Positions 51,395 to 63,640 of a stretch of 64,000 nt of DNA are shown in pieces. The notes beneath the pieces are model-generated. The model had not been told where the DNA came from. It did no database searches and saw nothing but the letters and a program-made list of their open reading frames with translations. Source of the DNA: Vicugna vicugna (Eukaryota); contig MU058065.1 of assembly GCA_013265495.1 (NCBI GenBank), positions 1,387,527-1,451,526 of the forward strand, given 5' to 3'. A program made the position numbers and the translations under genes. Each line of letters starts with the position of its first letter. Positions within the stretch are counted from its first letter, which is position 1.

Positions 51395-51515
51395 CGGTGG
51401 GGGGAGGTAATTAGGTTCATTCGCCTATTTATCTTAATGGAGGTAATGGGGATTGAACCCAGGACCTCATGCATGCTAGGCAAGTGCTCTACCACTGAGC
51501 TATACCCTCCCCCCA
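51395..51515 (-). mobile_element. tRNA-Ala-derived SINE (camelid Vic-1-like)
   Basis: Minus strand gggagggtatagctcagtggtagagcacttgcctagcatgcatgaggtcctgggttcaatccccattacctcca plus tail; 15-bp TSD atgcatt(a/g)tatattt at 51380-51394 and 51516-51530. Confidence 0.95.
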
Positions 51516-53534
51516 ATGCATTGTATATTTTGGACAGTTCACTGGTACGTATGAGTCCAAAATTTATTACCCAAAATACTGCAGTTTATATTGACACTCA
51601 CTGGATGTGAACCAATGATAGTTAATATGCTGAAAGCATTAGCGGTAAACAAATAGCCAGCATCACTGCATTTCTGTAGCTGATGACACAGTGTTCTACG
51701 AGGCCATGGGCATTGGGATGCAAGGAGAGGTTGGGTTCCAGAGGAAATACACAAGCCGAATCCTCTCAGACTTATCAGTGGTCAAAAATTAAATTTGGCT
51801 TACCTTCCAGACTGGAGATATAGTCTTATCCACTCCTAGATTCTGAACATTTCTTTTATGGGTTTGATTTCTGTGCAGTAAATTGCTTGTCTCTCGGGAG
51901 GCACAGAGAATTAACAGTTGTCATATTTTTGGCAGTTGGGGAGAGGCACCAGGAAATACAGTCTCTCATAATCCAGCCCTGACTGCCAACATTTATACTG
52001 AACTTTTCATAAACAATGAAACATCTATTTCATTTGTACCACTGTTAAACAATCTCAGGCCTTAGGGACTTCTGGATCTCACAGATGTGACAGAAATCAG
52101 ATGTCAACAGCTTTGGAAATCAGAATGTCCCTTTGTATGGGTAGAAATTCCTCCTGTGTGTTTCTATAATTTCTATGAGCATTTTAAAAGAGAAGTAACA
52201 ATTATTTGAAAGCAATTACTTGATTTTTTAAGGATATTTAGTATCTATGACACTACTTTATTGGGAATTACTCAGCCTTTATGACATTCGAAAGAAAACA
52301 AATCCACGAGATGCAGTTTAGAGTAGCAGCAGACAGAGCAAAGTTTGTATCTAGGCACTCACAGTTAAGAGTTTTCTACCCTGGGGCAAGATACTTAAAC
52401 CTTCAGAACTTTTAAAACTTTTCAGTTTTTTAATCTGCTTTTACTAGACAGCAGGTTTAAGGGGATCGTTAAATAATACATGAAAGTATCTAGTTTTTTA
52501 AAGCATAAAGTCCACACGATGTGAAGAGGGGCATGAATCTAAACGGAGTATTGTGGTGAGCATGCCCACCGGACAGCTACCACCTCTGCATTTGGAGGAG
52601 AGGACTGCCACAGGACAGGTGTCCCAGTTAGAAAAGTCACGTACTGCAGCGTAGTCCGGAATGCAGAAGTGAGAACAGAGGGAGTTAAACTGCTCTGTCC
52701 AACTGAGTTTAAAGAAAGCGGAAGGGTGTCCTTTTGAGCTTGAGATGTTAATTTCATGTAAAAATGATTTGGCGATTCCAGAGGGTAAGGCTGTAGAGAC
52801 AGAAGTCCCGAGAACACTAAAAGTAGGGAACTGATGAAATAAAATAGAGGAAGTAGGCTGTAGCCTAAGGGATGGAGGCAGCTGAAATTAATGCTCTTCC
52901 CGTGATGAAGTTCAGCTTCTGGACTTTGGAAACAGTGATGTCTGACATCCAACGTTAATGATTTCCCCATTGTGTAATGTAACGCCGGGCACTCAGTAAA
53001 GGCTTTGGTATCCAGTAAAGGCTTATCAACCACTGATTTCATGCCTGTCTTACATTCCTATCACCTTGAGAGATTAAAGAGAGGAGGTCATGACCATGTT
53101 GGGACAGGGAGAAGGATCCAGAGAAAACTGGGTCACAAGGAAGACACGACGAGACGGCCCGGTGCTGCCAAGGAGCCCAGCTGGGAGCAAAAGTTCAGCG
53201 TCACGGGCCACAAACGTGATGTGAAAGCAAACTCTGAAATTTTTCAACAGAAGTTATAAGGAGACTGAATTTCTTACATTTATATCAGAATGAGACTCAT
53301 CATTTTGTATATTGGAAAAAAAAAAGAGAAACTCTAATTTCTGGAGACCTCGTGGATCTTTCAGTTACATAAAGTGTTAGTAAATTTAAATTTCTAAAAA
53401 TAGCTTAAGTTCAGAAGAAACTAAAAAAAAAAAAATCTGCAACCAAATTGATTTAATAGGCCTCATTTAGGGTTACCAAAATGTTTTTTTAAGGGTCAGT
53501 GGCAACTACATAGAAGGAGAAAGAAGAAGAAAGC

Positions 53535-53740
53535 AAATTATCCTGAGCCCCGACTCTGTGCCAGGCACCCCAGTTTATCTCATTTTGCTTTTAAATCATT
53601 CCTACTGGGGAAATCTTGTTTCCATTTTAGAAATGAGACCACTGATGCTGTGAGAGATGGAGCAACTGGCCTGGGTGAGTCTTTCAGGGGTGGCAGAGCA
53701 GGCATGAAAATCTGGGTACTTTGACTCTCCCCTCCCCACA
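53535..53740 (-). mobile_element. MIR SINE
   Basis: gactctgtgccaggcac...ttccattttagaaatgagaccactgatgct...ggagcaactggcctggg...gtggcagagcagg. Confidence 0.7.
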
Positions 53741-54009
53741 TGTTCCAGGTCTCCACCAGGAACTAGCAACGTCCCACATCGAAAGCAAGGCTGATGCCTC
53801 CTCGTGACAAGGGCACACAGATTCTTTTAATCTATTCTAACAGCTCCCAAAACAAATGAGAATCTAACTTTGTTTATGCAGCCTAATTCTCCAGCAGCTA
53901 CTAATATCACTGCTTTAGGAAATGAAATAAATTTTCCAGTTTAAAAACAGTGCTTCATCATTACCAAATGCCTTAGAAAACATTTATTAATATCTGAATT
54001 GCACATAAC

Positions 54010-54253
54010 AGTGATAAAATGTATAGAATACTTACTAAATGCCAGACACTGTACGCAGTGCTTCACGTAGATTACATCATTGAATGTACACAAACCCCAC
54101 CAAGTCGGTGTTACTCTTTTTCCCATTCTACATTTGAAGACATTGAGACTTAGAGGGGTTAAGTAATTTGCCGAAGGTTACATAGCTAATAAGAGTCTCA
54201 ATTAGACCAGGCAGTCCAAGCGGAGAGCTCACACTTTTAATCAACATGCTGTA
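54010..54253 (-). mobile_element. MIR SINE, near full length
   Basis: acttactaaatgccagacactgt...cccattctacatttgaagacattgagacttagaggggttaagtaatttgccgaaggttacatagctaataag. Confidence 0.88.
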
Positions 54254-54864
54254 AAGTCCTTCCACGTAAAACTTTACCAGGTACTTGGCACAAAGCCTAG
54301 ACCGCCTCTTTCTCTTGTGGAGCAAAATCCACATCAAATACAGGAAAAATGAAACTTGACAGAATAAACCCAGGGAACAGAAGAAAGGGGATGTGAGGGA
54401 TTTGGGTTACTAGTGAGTCCTCCTCCATCCCACCCATGCCCGCCGCTCATGGTCACTGGGTTTCTGCAGGACTAGAGATTAAATAATTTGCCCAGAGCCA
54501 AATTTCTCAACTCTCAGGCCAAAGGGACTTTCACAACATCCCTTAAGCTCTAATGGAAGTTCAACTGTATCTCAGCAAAAATCCAAACAGTGGAGTATGT
54601 TTTCAGAACTCTCTTTTGAAGACAGCTTTGTTTTAGAGAAATATCCAGCAACCTTCCCTTCAAAAAGGTTTGTCCATGAACTTGTTGATTGATGGGGGGA
54701 TCATGAATTTTTTACATACCTTAATAGGATAACAATTTTAATTTTAGGTCTTGACATGCTCAGGAAGAAGAGAATGGCTCATTTCTTTTCCTCCCCCAGA
54801 AGTGTGATTTTACGATTCCACACTCTATTATCAATCCTGTCCAGGCTTTAAGTAGTAGTATTGT

Positions 54865-55047
54865 GTCAAGAAAGAGAAATTTTCCTATGGAGTGACATGT
54901 TTACTGCTACAAGGTTTGGTTGATCTCCTCTCAGGCTGTGTTGAAGGTCAGCAGCTCGTGATTTAATCCAAGCAGAGGTAGATGGCAAGTGCCAATGTGA
55001 TTCAATCCTTGTAGAGGCAGATGGCAAGTATCAGTTTTTAGTTGGCA
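54865..55047 (-). mobile_element. Short ERV1-type LTR fragment with a 39-bp tandem duplication
   Basis: gtgatt(t/c)aatcc..g.agagg(t/c)agatggcaagt units at 54958-54996 and 54997-55035; ends tttttagttggca. Confidence 0.5.
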
Positions 55048-55356
55048 TTGGAGACATTTCCCCACCTTCCCAAAGGCTGGATGTAGGTAGATGATTAAAT
55101 TAAAGCCAATGGAATTGAAGATGGGTGATGTTTGCAAACTTCAACTTAAAATACAAGCCATTGGCCTTGGAGGTCCTCTCTTTTTCTCTTGTTCTGTAAA
55201 GTGACACAATTGTGACCCAGCCTCAACGTGCACATGAAAAGAATGGCTTAGAGGAGAGGAAAGCAATGAGATGAAAGAAATTGGTCAAGGAGTAGATCTA
55301 CCTCCCAGTCTGGGCTACTCACCTCAAGACCCTTAAATAAACGAAGAGGGAAGAAA

Positions 55357-55440
55357 GGAAGGAAGGAAGGAAGGAAGGAAGGAAGGAAGGAAGGAAGGAA
55401 GGAAGGAAGGAAGGAAGGAAGAAAAAGAAAGAAAGAAAGA
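55357..55440. repeat. (GGAA)16 followed by (GAAA)n microsatellite
   Basis: Perfect GGAA x16 at 55357-55420. Confidence 0.97.
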
Positions 55441-56024
55441 CTTACTCTGTATTTGAGGTCCCTTGTTATGCAAACTAAGTTTGTACCTCAGCTTTCCTCT
55501 AGGACTGCACCCATCAGTAAAGGACTAACTCCTGAGCTCCTATGTCCAATGAGGCCTGTGCATGACTCACTACTTCTATTATTAAGAAATAATTCCAATC
55601 ATTTTGTGCAAGGTTTTATTTTATCAGACGTTGTTAAACAACTGTATTCCCTACCATATGTGAGGAATTAAGATGAGAGCCGAAGGAACTATTCAAAGTT
55701 ACGCTGTCAGAGTCACTTTTTCAAACCACTCTGATGCCTTCTTTCAGAGTCAACTGATCTCTTCACTCCATGTTAGTATAACAGGAGAGATTTCTTTAAG
55801 AAGAAAATGTAGTACACAGTAAATGAACTTAATTTTTCACACTGAAGTCAAAATTATTATTATGACCGAAACAATGTAAATGGAGGTAACCTGTGATACT
55901 GCTCCTATTAATGCTTCTTTTTCAAAATAAATGACAGATTTCATGGAAGTAATACCATTTGAAAAGTCATTCTTCAGCTTGAATCGCGTGAAAATCTAAA
56001 AGCTATAGAACCAACACACCACAT

Positions 56025-56945
56025 TATAAATGGATAAAGATTTGACACATATATACAATGAAATATTACTCAACCATAATAAAGAAGGAAATCTTTTTGC
56101 AGTTAATTAACTTACTATTTATTTCTTTTTATTGGGGGAAAAAAAAAAGAAAATCTTGTCATTAGCAGCAACCTGTATGGACCTAGAGGATACTATGCTA
56201 AGTGAAATAAATCAGACAAAGAAAGACAAATACCATATGATTTCACATATATGTGGAACTTAAAAAACAACAAATGAATAAAGATTAACAAGTCAGAGAA
56301 CATAGCTACAGAGAACAAACAGGTGGTTGCTGTAGGGGAGAGGGGCTGGGGGATGAGTGAAAGTTACAAGATAAATGAGTCACAGAGATGAAATGTGCAG
56401 TTGAGAAATATAGTCAATAATAATTTTATATCTTTGAATGGTGACAGATGGTAATTAGAGTTAGCATGGTGATCATTTTGTAATGTATAGAAATATTGAA
56501 TCACTATGTTGTGCACCAGGAACTAACACCCTGTTTAGGTCAATTACACTTCACAAACAAATGAACAAACAAACTCATAGAAAAAGACATCAGGTTTGTG
56601 GTGACGAGAGGCAGAGGACAGAGCCAGAGGGAACTGGATGAAGCTGGTCAAAAGGTTCCAGCTTCCAATTGTAAGAGAAAAAAGTACTAGGGATGCAATG
56701 TCCAGGATTAATATAATTAACACAGCTGCACATTATATATGAAAGTTGTTAAGAATTCTCATCATGCAGGAAAAATATCTTTTTTCTTTTCCTTTTATTT
56801 TGTAATTATATGAGATGGTGGGTGTTCACTACCCTTATCCTGGTAATTATTTCATGATGTACGTAAGTCAGGTCATTATGCTGTACACCTTAATGCTGCC
56901 TGTCCATTATATCTCAATAAAACTAAAAGAAAATAAATAAATAGA
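56025..56945 (+). mobile_element. LINE-1 3' end (L1MA9/laurasiatherian type, long 3'UTR)
   Basis: aaatggataaag...ggacctagaggatactatgctaagtgaaataaatcagaca...aaactcatagaaaaagacatcaggtttgtgg...ttatatctcaataaaact plus A-rich tail. Confidence 0.9.
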
Positions 56946-57259
56946 TAGAGAGCTCATGTACAAGCTTGATGGCATTTAAATTCCCCTGGGTAAATGCAAA
57001 CGTGGAGACTTAGGTGAATTGAAGTGCAAAGAATTTGAACATTAATTAATGCTGGAAAAAGTAACAAGCCTTTGCCATTTCTGTCTTTTCATAAACAGAA
57101 CAAATATAATTGTTTCATAAGTAGAACAAATATAATTATTTTATATGAACCACTAAATTGTTACTTTCAGAAATTACTTGGAAGTATCACACACACACAT
57201 ACATAAAAACAAAACAACAACAATGATGTAAGGAAGTAGAATAATATTCTGATTATAAG

Positions 57260-57440
57260 CTCGGATGCTGAAATGTTTGAACTTAGTCCAACTACCTATT
57301 TGCTGAATGATCTTGTCGAACCTCACAGACACTCTATGCCTAATATCTTCCCTGATAAAATAATAGAACTAATCTTGTAGGGTTGTGATGAGTTCCGTAG
57401 AGTTTAGCGTAATCGCTGGCCCTCTGTAAGTTTTCCATGA
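57260..57440 (+). mobile_element. MIR SINE
   Basis: cctatttgctgaatgatcttg...ctctatgcctaatatcttccctgataaaa...tagggttgtgatgag. Confidence 0.55.
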
Positions 57441-57622
57441 AAGTTCCTTGTGTTACTAACACTCACAGTGGCTGTACACACCCCATTGCTTATGAACATT
57501 TCTAAAATAACAATCTGTTCAAAACTGGACTGGCCATTAGCTGCAAGAAAGGCCCTCTCATCATGTCATCAAAAACTTGTAAAGAAAACAAGAAAGCATG
57601 CCCTGCCTCTCTCTCCCCCATC

Positions 57623-57653
57623 AAAAAACAAAAACAAAAACAAAAACAAAAAC
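57623..57653. repeat. (AAAAAC)n microsatellite
   Basis: Direct reading. Confidence 0.9.
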
Positions 57654-58098
57654 TCTTAACAGCAATAAAAACTAAACTGACAAGACATAATAATTCAAAA
57701 ATCTACAGTAACCTGCAACCTTTGAAAAGTAGGTGAGATATTCATGAAATACTCCAGCTCTTTCTGAAACAGGAAGAGTTTGAGAAAACACAGTAAAACG
57801 TGCAGCTTTGCTTGTCTTTTTCTCTCCACTGCCTTGGAAGCTGATGACTTGAAGAAGAAGATGTGGGAGAAGAGGAGGATGATGGAGAAGAAGGAGGAGA
57901 ATTTTCTAACCTGAACAGAAGGCTGGACCTGCAGCCGTTTCCCAGGGCTGTGCCGCACTGCTGCGCAAGTCGAGGGGGCGCCACTGGTGTTAATCACACC
58001 GCAGTCCGTGTAGGGTGGTGCTTCAAGGGCTCTGCCCAGATGTGCTCCCCAGGGTTCCATTAGTCCCTGCAGTGGCACAAGACAGTGGCTGGACTTAC

Positions 58099-58192
58099 CT
58101 TTGACCTGCAAGAATTGCTCTGTTACCCCCTCCCAGCCTTCCTTTTCTCCAGCATCTTCTCTAAGTCCAGTATTATAAATATCACAGAAGAA
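58099..58192 (-). other. Candidate isolated exon (unassigned, possibly lncRNA)
   Basis: Acceptor ttcctctgcttcctgcccag|, consensus donor aag|gtaagt, 94 nt, open frame FFCDIYNTGLREDAGEKEGWEGVTEQFLQVK; protein not recognised. Confidence 0.3.
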
Positions 58193-58700
58193 CTGGGCAG
58201 GAAGCAGAGGAATACTGAGTGTTGCTCTGTCCTCTGGGGGTGGTCACGTTCGGAGGAGAAGTGCTCAGAAGGGGCTGGGGTGGGGCTGGCACTGAAAACT
58301 GGGCAGGCTCTGGAATGTGTCGCATCGCACCTGGCCCAGACTTCCAAAGGACTATGCTCGGGAGGCAGGGGAAGACCCCTGCTCAGGGCAGAAGGAAACG
58401 CTATCCTGGTTCTTTTTAGAAGCTAAAGCAAATGCACCAGCCTGCCCCCATCCCAGCTGTAAATTAAAAGTAGATAAATGCACACTAGCAGGAAACAGAG
58501 AGCCGACCCACTGCATCTCTTTATTCACACACGCGGTCTGGATGAAGTTTGCCTCTTCAATGATAAAAGGGGAAAAATGGGTAGATGTCAGGAAAATGGA
58601 GATCCATGGAGAAAAGGCTGTAGAATAAAGTAACAATGGCACCAAAGGATCCAGAAGAAGGTGGTGTCCCCATAAAATACAATAAGAAAAGAAATTCAAG

Positions 58701-59074
58701 TCATTGGACCTGAAGAGCATCATTCTAAGTGAAATAAGTCAGAAAGAGAAAGAAAAATACCATATGGCATTGCTTTTATGTGGACTCTAAAAAAAAGGAC
58801 ACAAATGAACTTACCTACAAAACAGCAGCAGACTCACAGACAGAGAACAAACCTACGGTTACCAGGGGGTAAAGGGGGTGGGAAGGGATAAATTGGGGAT
58901 TCGAAATTTGTACCTCTTGGGGACTGATGGAACTGTTAGCTGTCTTGATTGTGGTGGTGATTTCATGGGTGTATACCGCTATCAAAATTCATCAATTTGT
59001 ACACCTGAAATATGTGTAGTTTAGTGTATAGGAATCATACCATAATAAAGCTGTTACAGTAAAAAACAAACATC
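58701..59074 (+). mobile_element. Composite LINE-1 3' sequence (young-type segment joined to an old-type terminus)
   Basis: 58701-58912 resembles the young L1 3' ends at 6843 and 46540; 58913-59065 resembles L1MC/ME termini; flanked by aaaagaaattcaag / aaaaagaattcaag. Confidence 0.8.
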
Positions 59075-59670
59075 AAAAAGAATTCAAGACATAGGAAAGA
59101 AGACAAGATGGCATGATATGGAAGACGGATGAGATGAAGAAGGATTTCAAGAACACTAAAGACAATATAGGAATGACAAATTAAATTGAAGCAGAATTGA
59201 TGCTGTTTTAAATTAAATCAGTATTATAGAGAACAAACACGAGCCATTCTCCCAAAATAAAGATGACAAGAACCAGGAGGAAACAGAAGCATGAAAAAAA
59301 AAAAAAGAAAAGGAAAAATGTAGAAAAGGACTGAACGGCAATCCGAGAAAGTAGGCGATAAGTAAAAATAAAACAGAAAAATGAAATTAAACATGTGCAC
59401 ACAGAGAAAGGGATCTCTGTATTCCAGGCAAAATTCATGGAAGAAAAGAAAAAGGAGAATAGAAAGAGGAAAGAAATGTTTAGTCATTTCATATTCTGGG
59501 AACATTTCTGAACTAACAGTGCTTAAGGGTGAATAGAAATTCTAAAGTATTTTAGGCAAAAATAACAGATTGTATCTACCGTCATCACTTCCCTTAAAGA
59601 GAGTAACAATAATAACAGTGTGTAAATTTTATTCGCAGTCAGAAGACAGGGAAGCAACACTGGCTTAGAC

Positions 59671-60155
59671 CAGTGGGTCTCAAAATATTTGACTTCAGCC
59701 TCTCTTAAACCCTTAAAAATTATCGAGGCTCTTAAAGAGCTTTTGTTTTAAGAATTATAACCATCAATATTTACTACACCAGAAATACATATGAGAAAAT
59801 TTAAAATATACCTTGTCGTTCATTTTCAAACAAACCCATCCTATATTCATATAGTTTTAAAAACTATTTTCTAAGATAGTGAAAACTTTAATGAGAAGAG
59901 AGGCATCTTGTTTCATTTTTACAAATCTCTTAGTGTCTGGCTTAATAGAAAACATCTGGATTCTTGTATTTTCTTCAATGTTTACTTTGTTGCCATATGT
60001 GTCACATAACCTCTGGAAAACTCCACTGTACACGCTGAAAGAATGAGACTGAAAAGAGCAAACAGCATCCTAGAAAAGCATGAAAACAGTTCTAAATCAA
60101 TGAACTTTCTGAAAGGGTGTCAGGGACCTCTCAGGTTCCACGTTGAGGACCACTG
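59671..60155 (+). mobile_element. MER119/Charlie1-like hAT non-autonomous transposon
   Basis: TIRs cagtgggtctcaa / ttgaggaccactg; 8-bp TSD gcttagac / ccttggac (6/8); internal gtctggcttaatagaa...ctctggaaaactccactgtacac. Confidence 0.85.
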
Positions 60156-60169
60156 CCTTGGACTAAGGG

Positions 60170-60525
60170 ATAGTTATTAAATAAATAGCAAAATTATGGA
60201 CGGAAAGTGAGTCCAGGGTTCATTACTTCATTGATCCATTGACATAATCAAGAACTCAGCTTCTTTCCATCTCTACCCTGTGCCATCCTCAGAGGGTGCG
60301 CCTCTCCTCCTTGGCTGGCTTCCTCGTGGTCCTCAAGCTGCCAGAGGTCCAGACATCAACACTGAAGACCAGAGACAGAAGGAAAATTTTATTTCACAAA
60401 CAGTTTTCACAATGAAGAAACAACTTTAAGTTGCCCAAGCAAATATCCCTTATGCTTATTGACCAAAAAATGAATAATGTGTCATTCTTTGATCAATTAG
60501 CTGGATGAAATCACCACATTTGGGC
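60170..60525 (-). mobile_element. MLT1J-like MaLR LTR fragment
   Basis: atcaagaactcagcttctttccatctct...gccatcctcag...cctcgtggtcctcaagctgcc...gtccagacatca. Confidence 0.6.
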
Positions 60526-60526
60526 T

Positions 60527-60598
60527 TCACATACATACACACACACACACACACGTATATACACACCTATACGCACACACCATACACACACATATACA
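60527..60598. repeat. Interrupted (CA)n microsatellite
   Basis: Direct reading. Confidence 0.9.
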
Positions 60599-63469
60599 TG
60601 TCTTAAGATATGTGTACTGCCTTTGAATTTGCAAGTCTAATTCTAGATATTCATCCTAATGCAATTATCCAATACGTGAAAAGAGGAATGCTTGTTGATA
60701 TTTTACGTGGAATTTTTTATCAGTGTATAATTTTCTAAAGTCAGTGGTCCCATAATAAGAAATTGATTGAGTAAAGAAATTTTTTTGTGCTTCCAAAAAT
60801 GAGATGCTTTGGACTCACGAAAAGTGATAATATAAATGTACACTTATTAGCATGGAAATCTGTTCACAGCATATTTCTAAATAAAAAGTGGAATTTCCAA
60901 ATTAAATAAATAAAGTATTACTTCCCTATAAACAGAATTGGAAAAACTTGCTTCTCATAGAGAAAGATGAAAGAACTTTTCTATGGTAAAGAGAGGAACA
61001 AATTGTGTAACAGAGTTCAAACCACAGGCATATACTTAATAAATATTAGCCGAACAAAAGAATAGAAGGAAGGAAGGAATAAAGGGAGGGAGGGAAGAAG
61101 GGAGGGAAGAAGGAGAAATGAAGGGAGGAAGGGTTTTTATGCATAGAGGCGATGCGCCAGTTACCGATAGCCCTGTGCGAAGCCACTCTGCTGAGATTTA
61201 AGGCTGTTTCCTGTCCATCAAGAAGAAAATGGATGTGCATTTTAGCAAAGATTGGAGATTCACACTATGTACTAAACAAAAATAGAAAGGAAAATAAGAA
61301 AGAAAAGGACAGACAAGGAAGGACAGGAGTTTGCCAAGGCCTATGATGTCACTTCTGGGAGCTCAGTGCAACGGGGAGCATCCACGATCATTAACACATC
61401 AGTGTAAAATTTCCTATCTCATTTCTGCTTTATACCTGCACTCAGGTTTTTATAGCGGTGTCAACAATTTATGCTAGCATGGAAGAGGAAAGCTTTATTT
61501 AAGAACAAACCATGACAAGGTGATGTGTCATTAAGTAAATCAGGAAATAGCGATTAAACTAAACTAAGCAGTGAGGATGGTAGACAAAAACATCTGTAAC
61601 ATTAATCATACAACAGACTGATATTTTGCCAAGAATATAAATTCCACTTTAATGTATTTTGGTAATTATGGGTAAGAATTTAAAATAGCACCATAGTTCC
61701 ACAGAAAAGGCTGGATGCTAATATTAAAGTTTTAGACAGTCACTGAATATAAGACATTTTAATCAAAATGCAAAGTTTCCATCTTCTGAAGCAGTTGTTG
61801 GCTTGAATGCAACAATTCATGAAACGGAAATGAAGATAAAGTTTCATTTTTGTGCTCTATTTTTATAGAACTTATATTCCTACCACATAGCCCTAAGGAA
61901 ACCTGAACTTCATTCATCCCAGTGAATAAACAGTAGATGAATAGGCTGAAGTAAAATGTTTACATATCAACAGAAAATGAAACATTGCATAATCATGTAA
62001 GGATCTGGTCATCTTTGGCCAGGAGAGGAAGGATGATGTATTAGGAATTGATCCACTCATTCACAGAGTGGCTGAGAATATTATTAAAGTGAGTCTGCAG
62101 AAAGCACAACCTTAAAAAGATTCTATTCTGTTTTGCTAAGAGTGCTAGATATTCCGTGTGAAAAAGAGCCCATGACACCTCAAACCAGGGTGAACAAACG
62201 TTTTCCAGAGACTGAGTGGGTTCCATGATGCTGGACTTTTATTTTGAAAACCAAGACAACCTTGGGCAAAACAGGACAAGGGTCAGCCTACCTAGATCTG
62301 ACCACCTCTGTAAAATGATGAACCCTCCAAACCCCTAAAAGAGAGAGCCCTGATGTCCTGGTGCTGGGTCACCCAGCAGGGCACCAGCAAATGAAGGGAA
62401 GCCAGAGAACATAAAGATGTGTGAGAAATTATTTTAGAGTTTAAAAAAAAAGCATTGAAGTAGTCACTACAGAAACATTTAGTACTTTGTTGGATTTCTT
62501 TGTACTACTTACAATTTGAATTGATTTTACTTTGACTTACAGATGGCTGGTTGGGACCACCAAAATCTGGCCACATTCTTAGACTCTTAGTCAAGACGTA
62601 AAGCTTGGAGGGACAGCAAGCACATTTCCCATAGTATATGCTGTTATAATTTTCCCTTGGAATAACAAGAGATGGTTTCACTAGAATGAAACGTATCAAT
62701 ACATGTAATGAAAATATCAGCATTTCTTTCTCAAGATCCTCTTCTTTCTTCAGTTTGTTAATAAACAATAGTGTACAAGAAGAGTGCTTTGACATAATAA
62801 TAAACAATAGATTTGTAATCCACATTTTCACCCGAGCTGTAGCCACAAACATCAATTTCAAATCAAAGGTGAAGTGGAAATGCCATTTTTGACTGCTAAT
62901 AAATTATGATAAAAAGTTTAAAAATAAGACAAATTAAAAATAAGAAAGTCATTTCCAACTCTACTCTCTTGGAAAACACACATGAGCTTCTACTAATTGT
63001 GACTTAGATGATTAGAATCTTTCATGGTCAGAATGCTTAAATAGATCCTTCAATAGATTTTAAAAATGGCATTTAAAATGTTAATACATCTTTAAAATAT
63101 TTTCCTTCCACTGATTGGAAAAGTTGGCAGACACTCTCATTTATCAAAGTCAGTGTTTAAAAATATGAATAAATGTTAATTTGAATCTACTTGTTTGGAA
63201 TCATTATTGGCTCAATTACTTTAAAAATCTAGTTTTTCCACAGATTCTTAACTCATAGTGGTGTGACCTTTAAAGACCCATCATTCTTGATCCTTGTCTG
63301 CTTAACAACATTTTTCTCTTACTTGAAATTTGCAAATACTGTTAAAGATTAATTAGGAGGCGAAGCCATATGTGGTTCAAGAAAATGTATCTGGTAATAA
63401 AATAGTGAAAATCCATTATGATAGCTGCAAGAAGCCAAGAATGTCTAAAAGTCAGACAATAAACAACCA

Positions 63470-63640
63470 AGTAAGATGGAAAGAACACAGAACTGAGAAT
63501 CAGAAAATCTGAGTCTGAGTCTTGAGTCTGTCAAAATTAACTGTGTGCTTTTGGGAAAAACTCTTAGCCCTCTGGGTTGCATTTTTTATTTCTATATAAT
63601 GATGAAGTAAATTATGGGATGTGTAAGTAAATTAGTATAT
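63470..63640 (+). mobile_element. MIR/MIR3 SINE
   Basis: gatggaaagaacacagaactgagaatcagaaaatctgagt...taactgtgtgcttttgggaaaaactcttagccctctgg. Confidence 0.75.

Noticed and set aside
51436..51512. Possible tRNA-Ala gene (also 12826-12900)
   Set aside because: Stem-disrupting substitutions, shared SINE tail and flanking TSDs show retroposed SINEs
52539..53042. 167-aa minus-strand ORF
   Set aside because: No recognisable homology or exon structure
54931..55137. ORF with repeated TCHLPLxGLNH peptide
   Set aside because: Reflects a 39-bp tandem duplication in an LTR fragment, not a repeat protein
57850..57900. Acidic/Ser-rich coding-like stretch (EEEDDGEEGGE / SPPSSPSSSS)
   Set aside because: Explained by a degenerate GAA/GAG/GAT trinucleotide repeat
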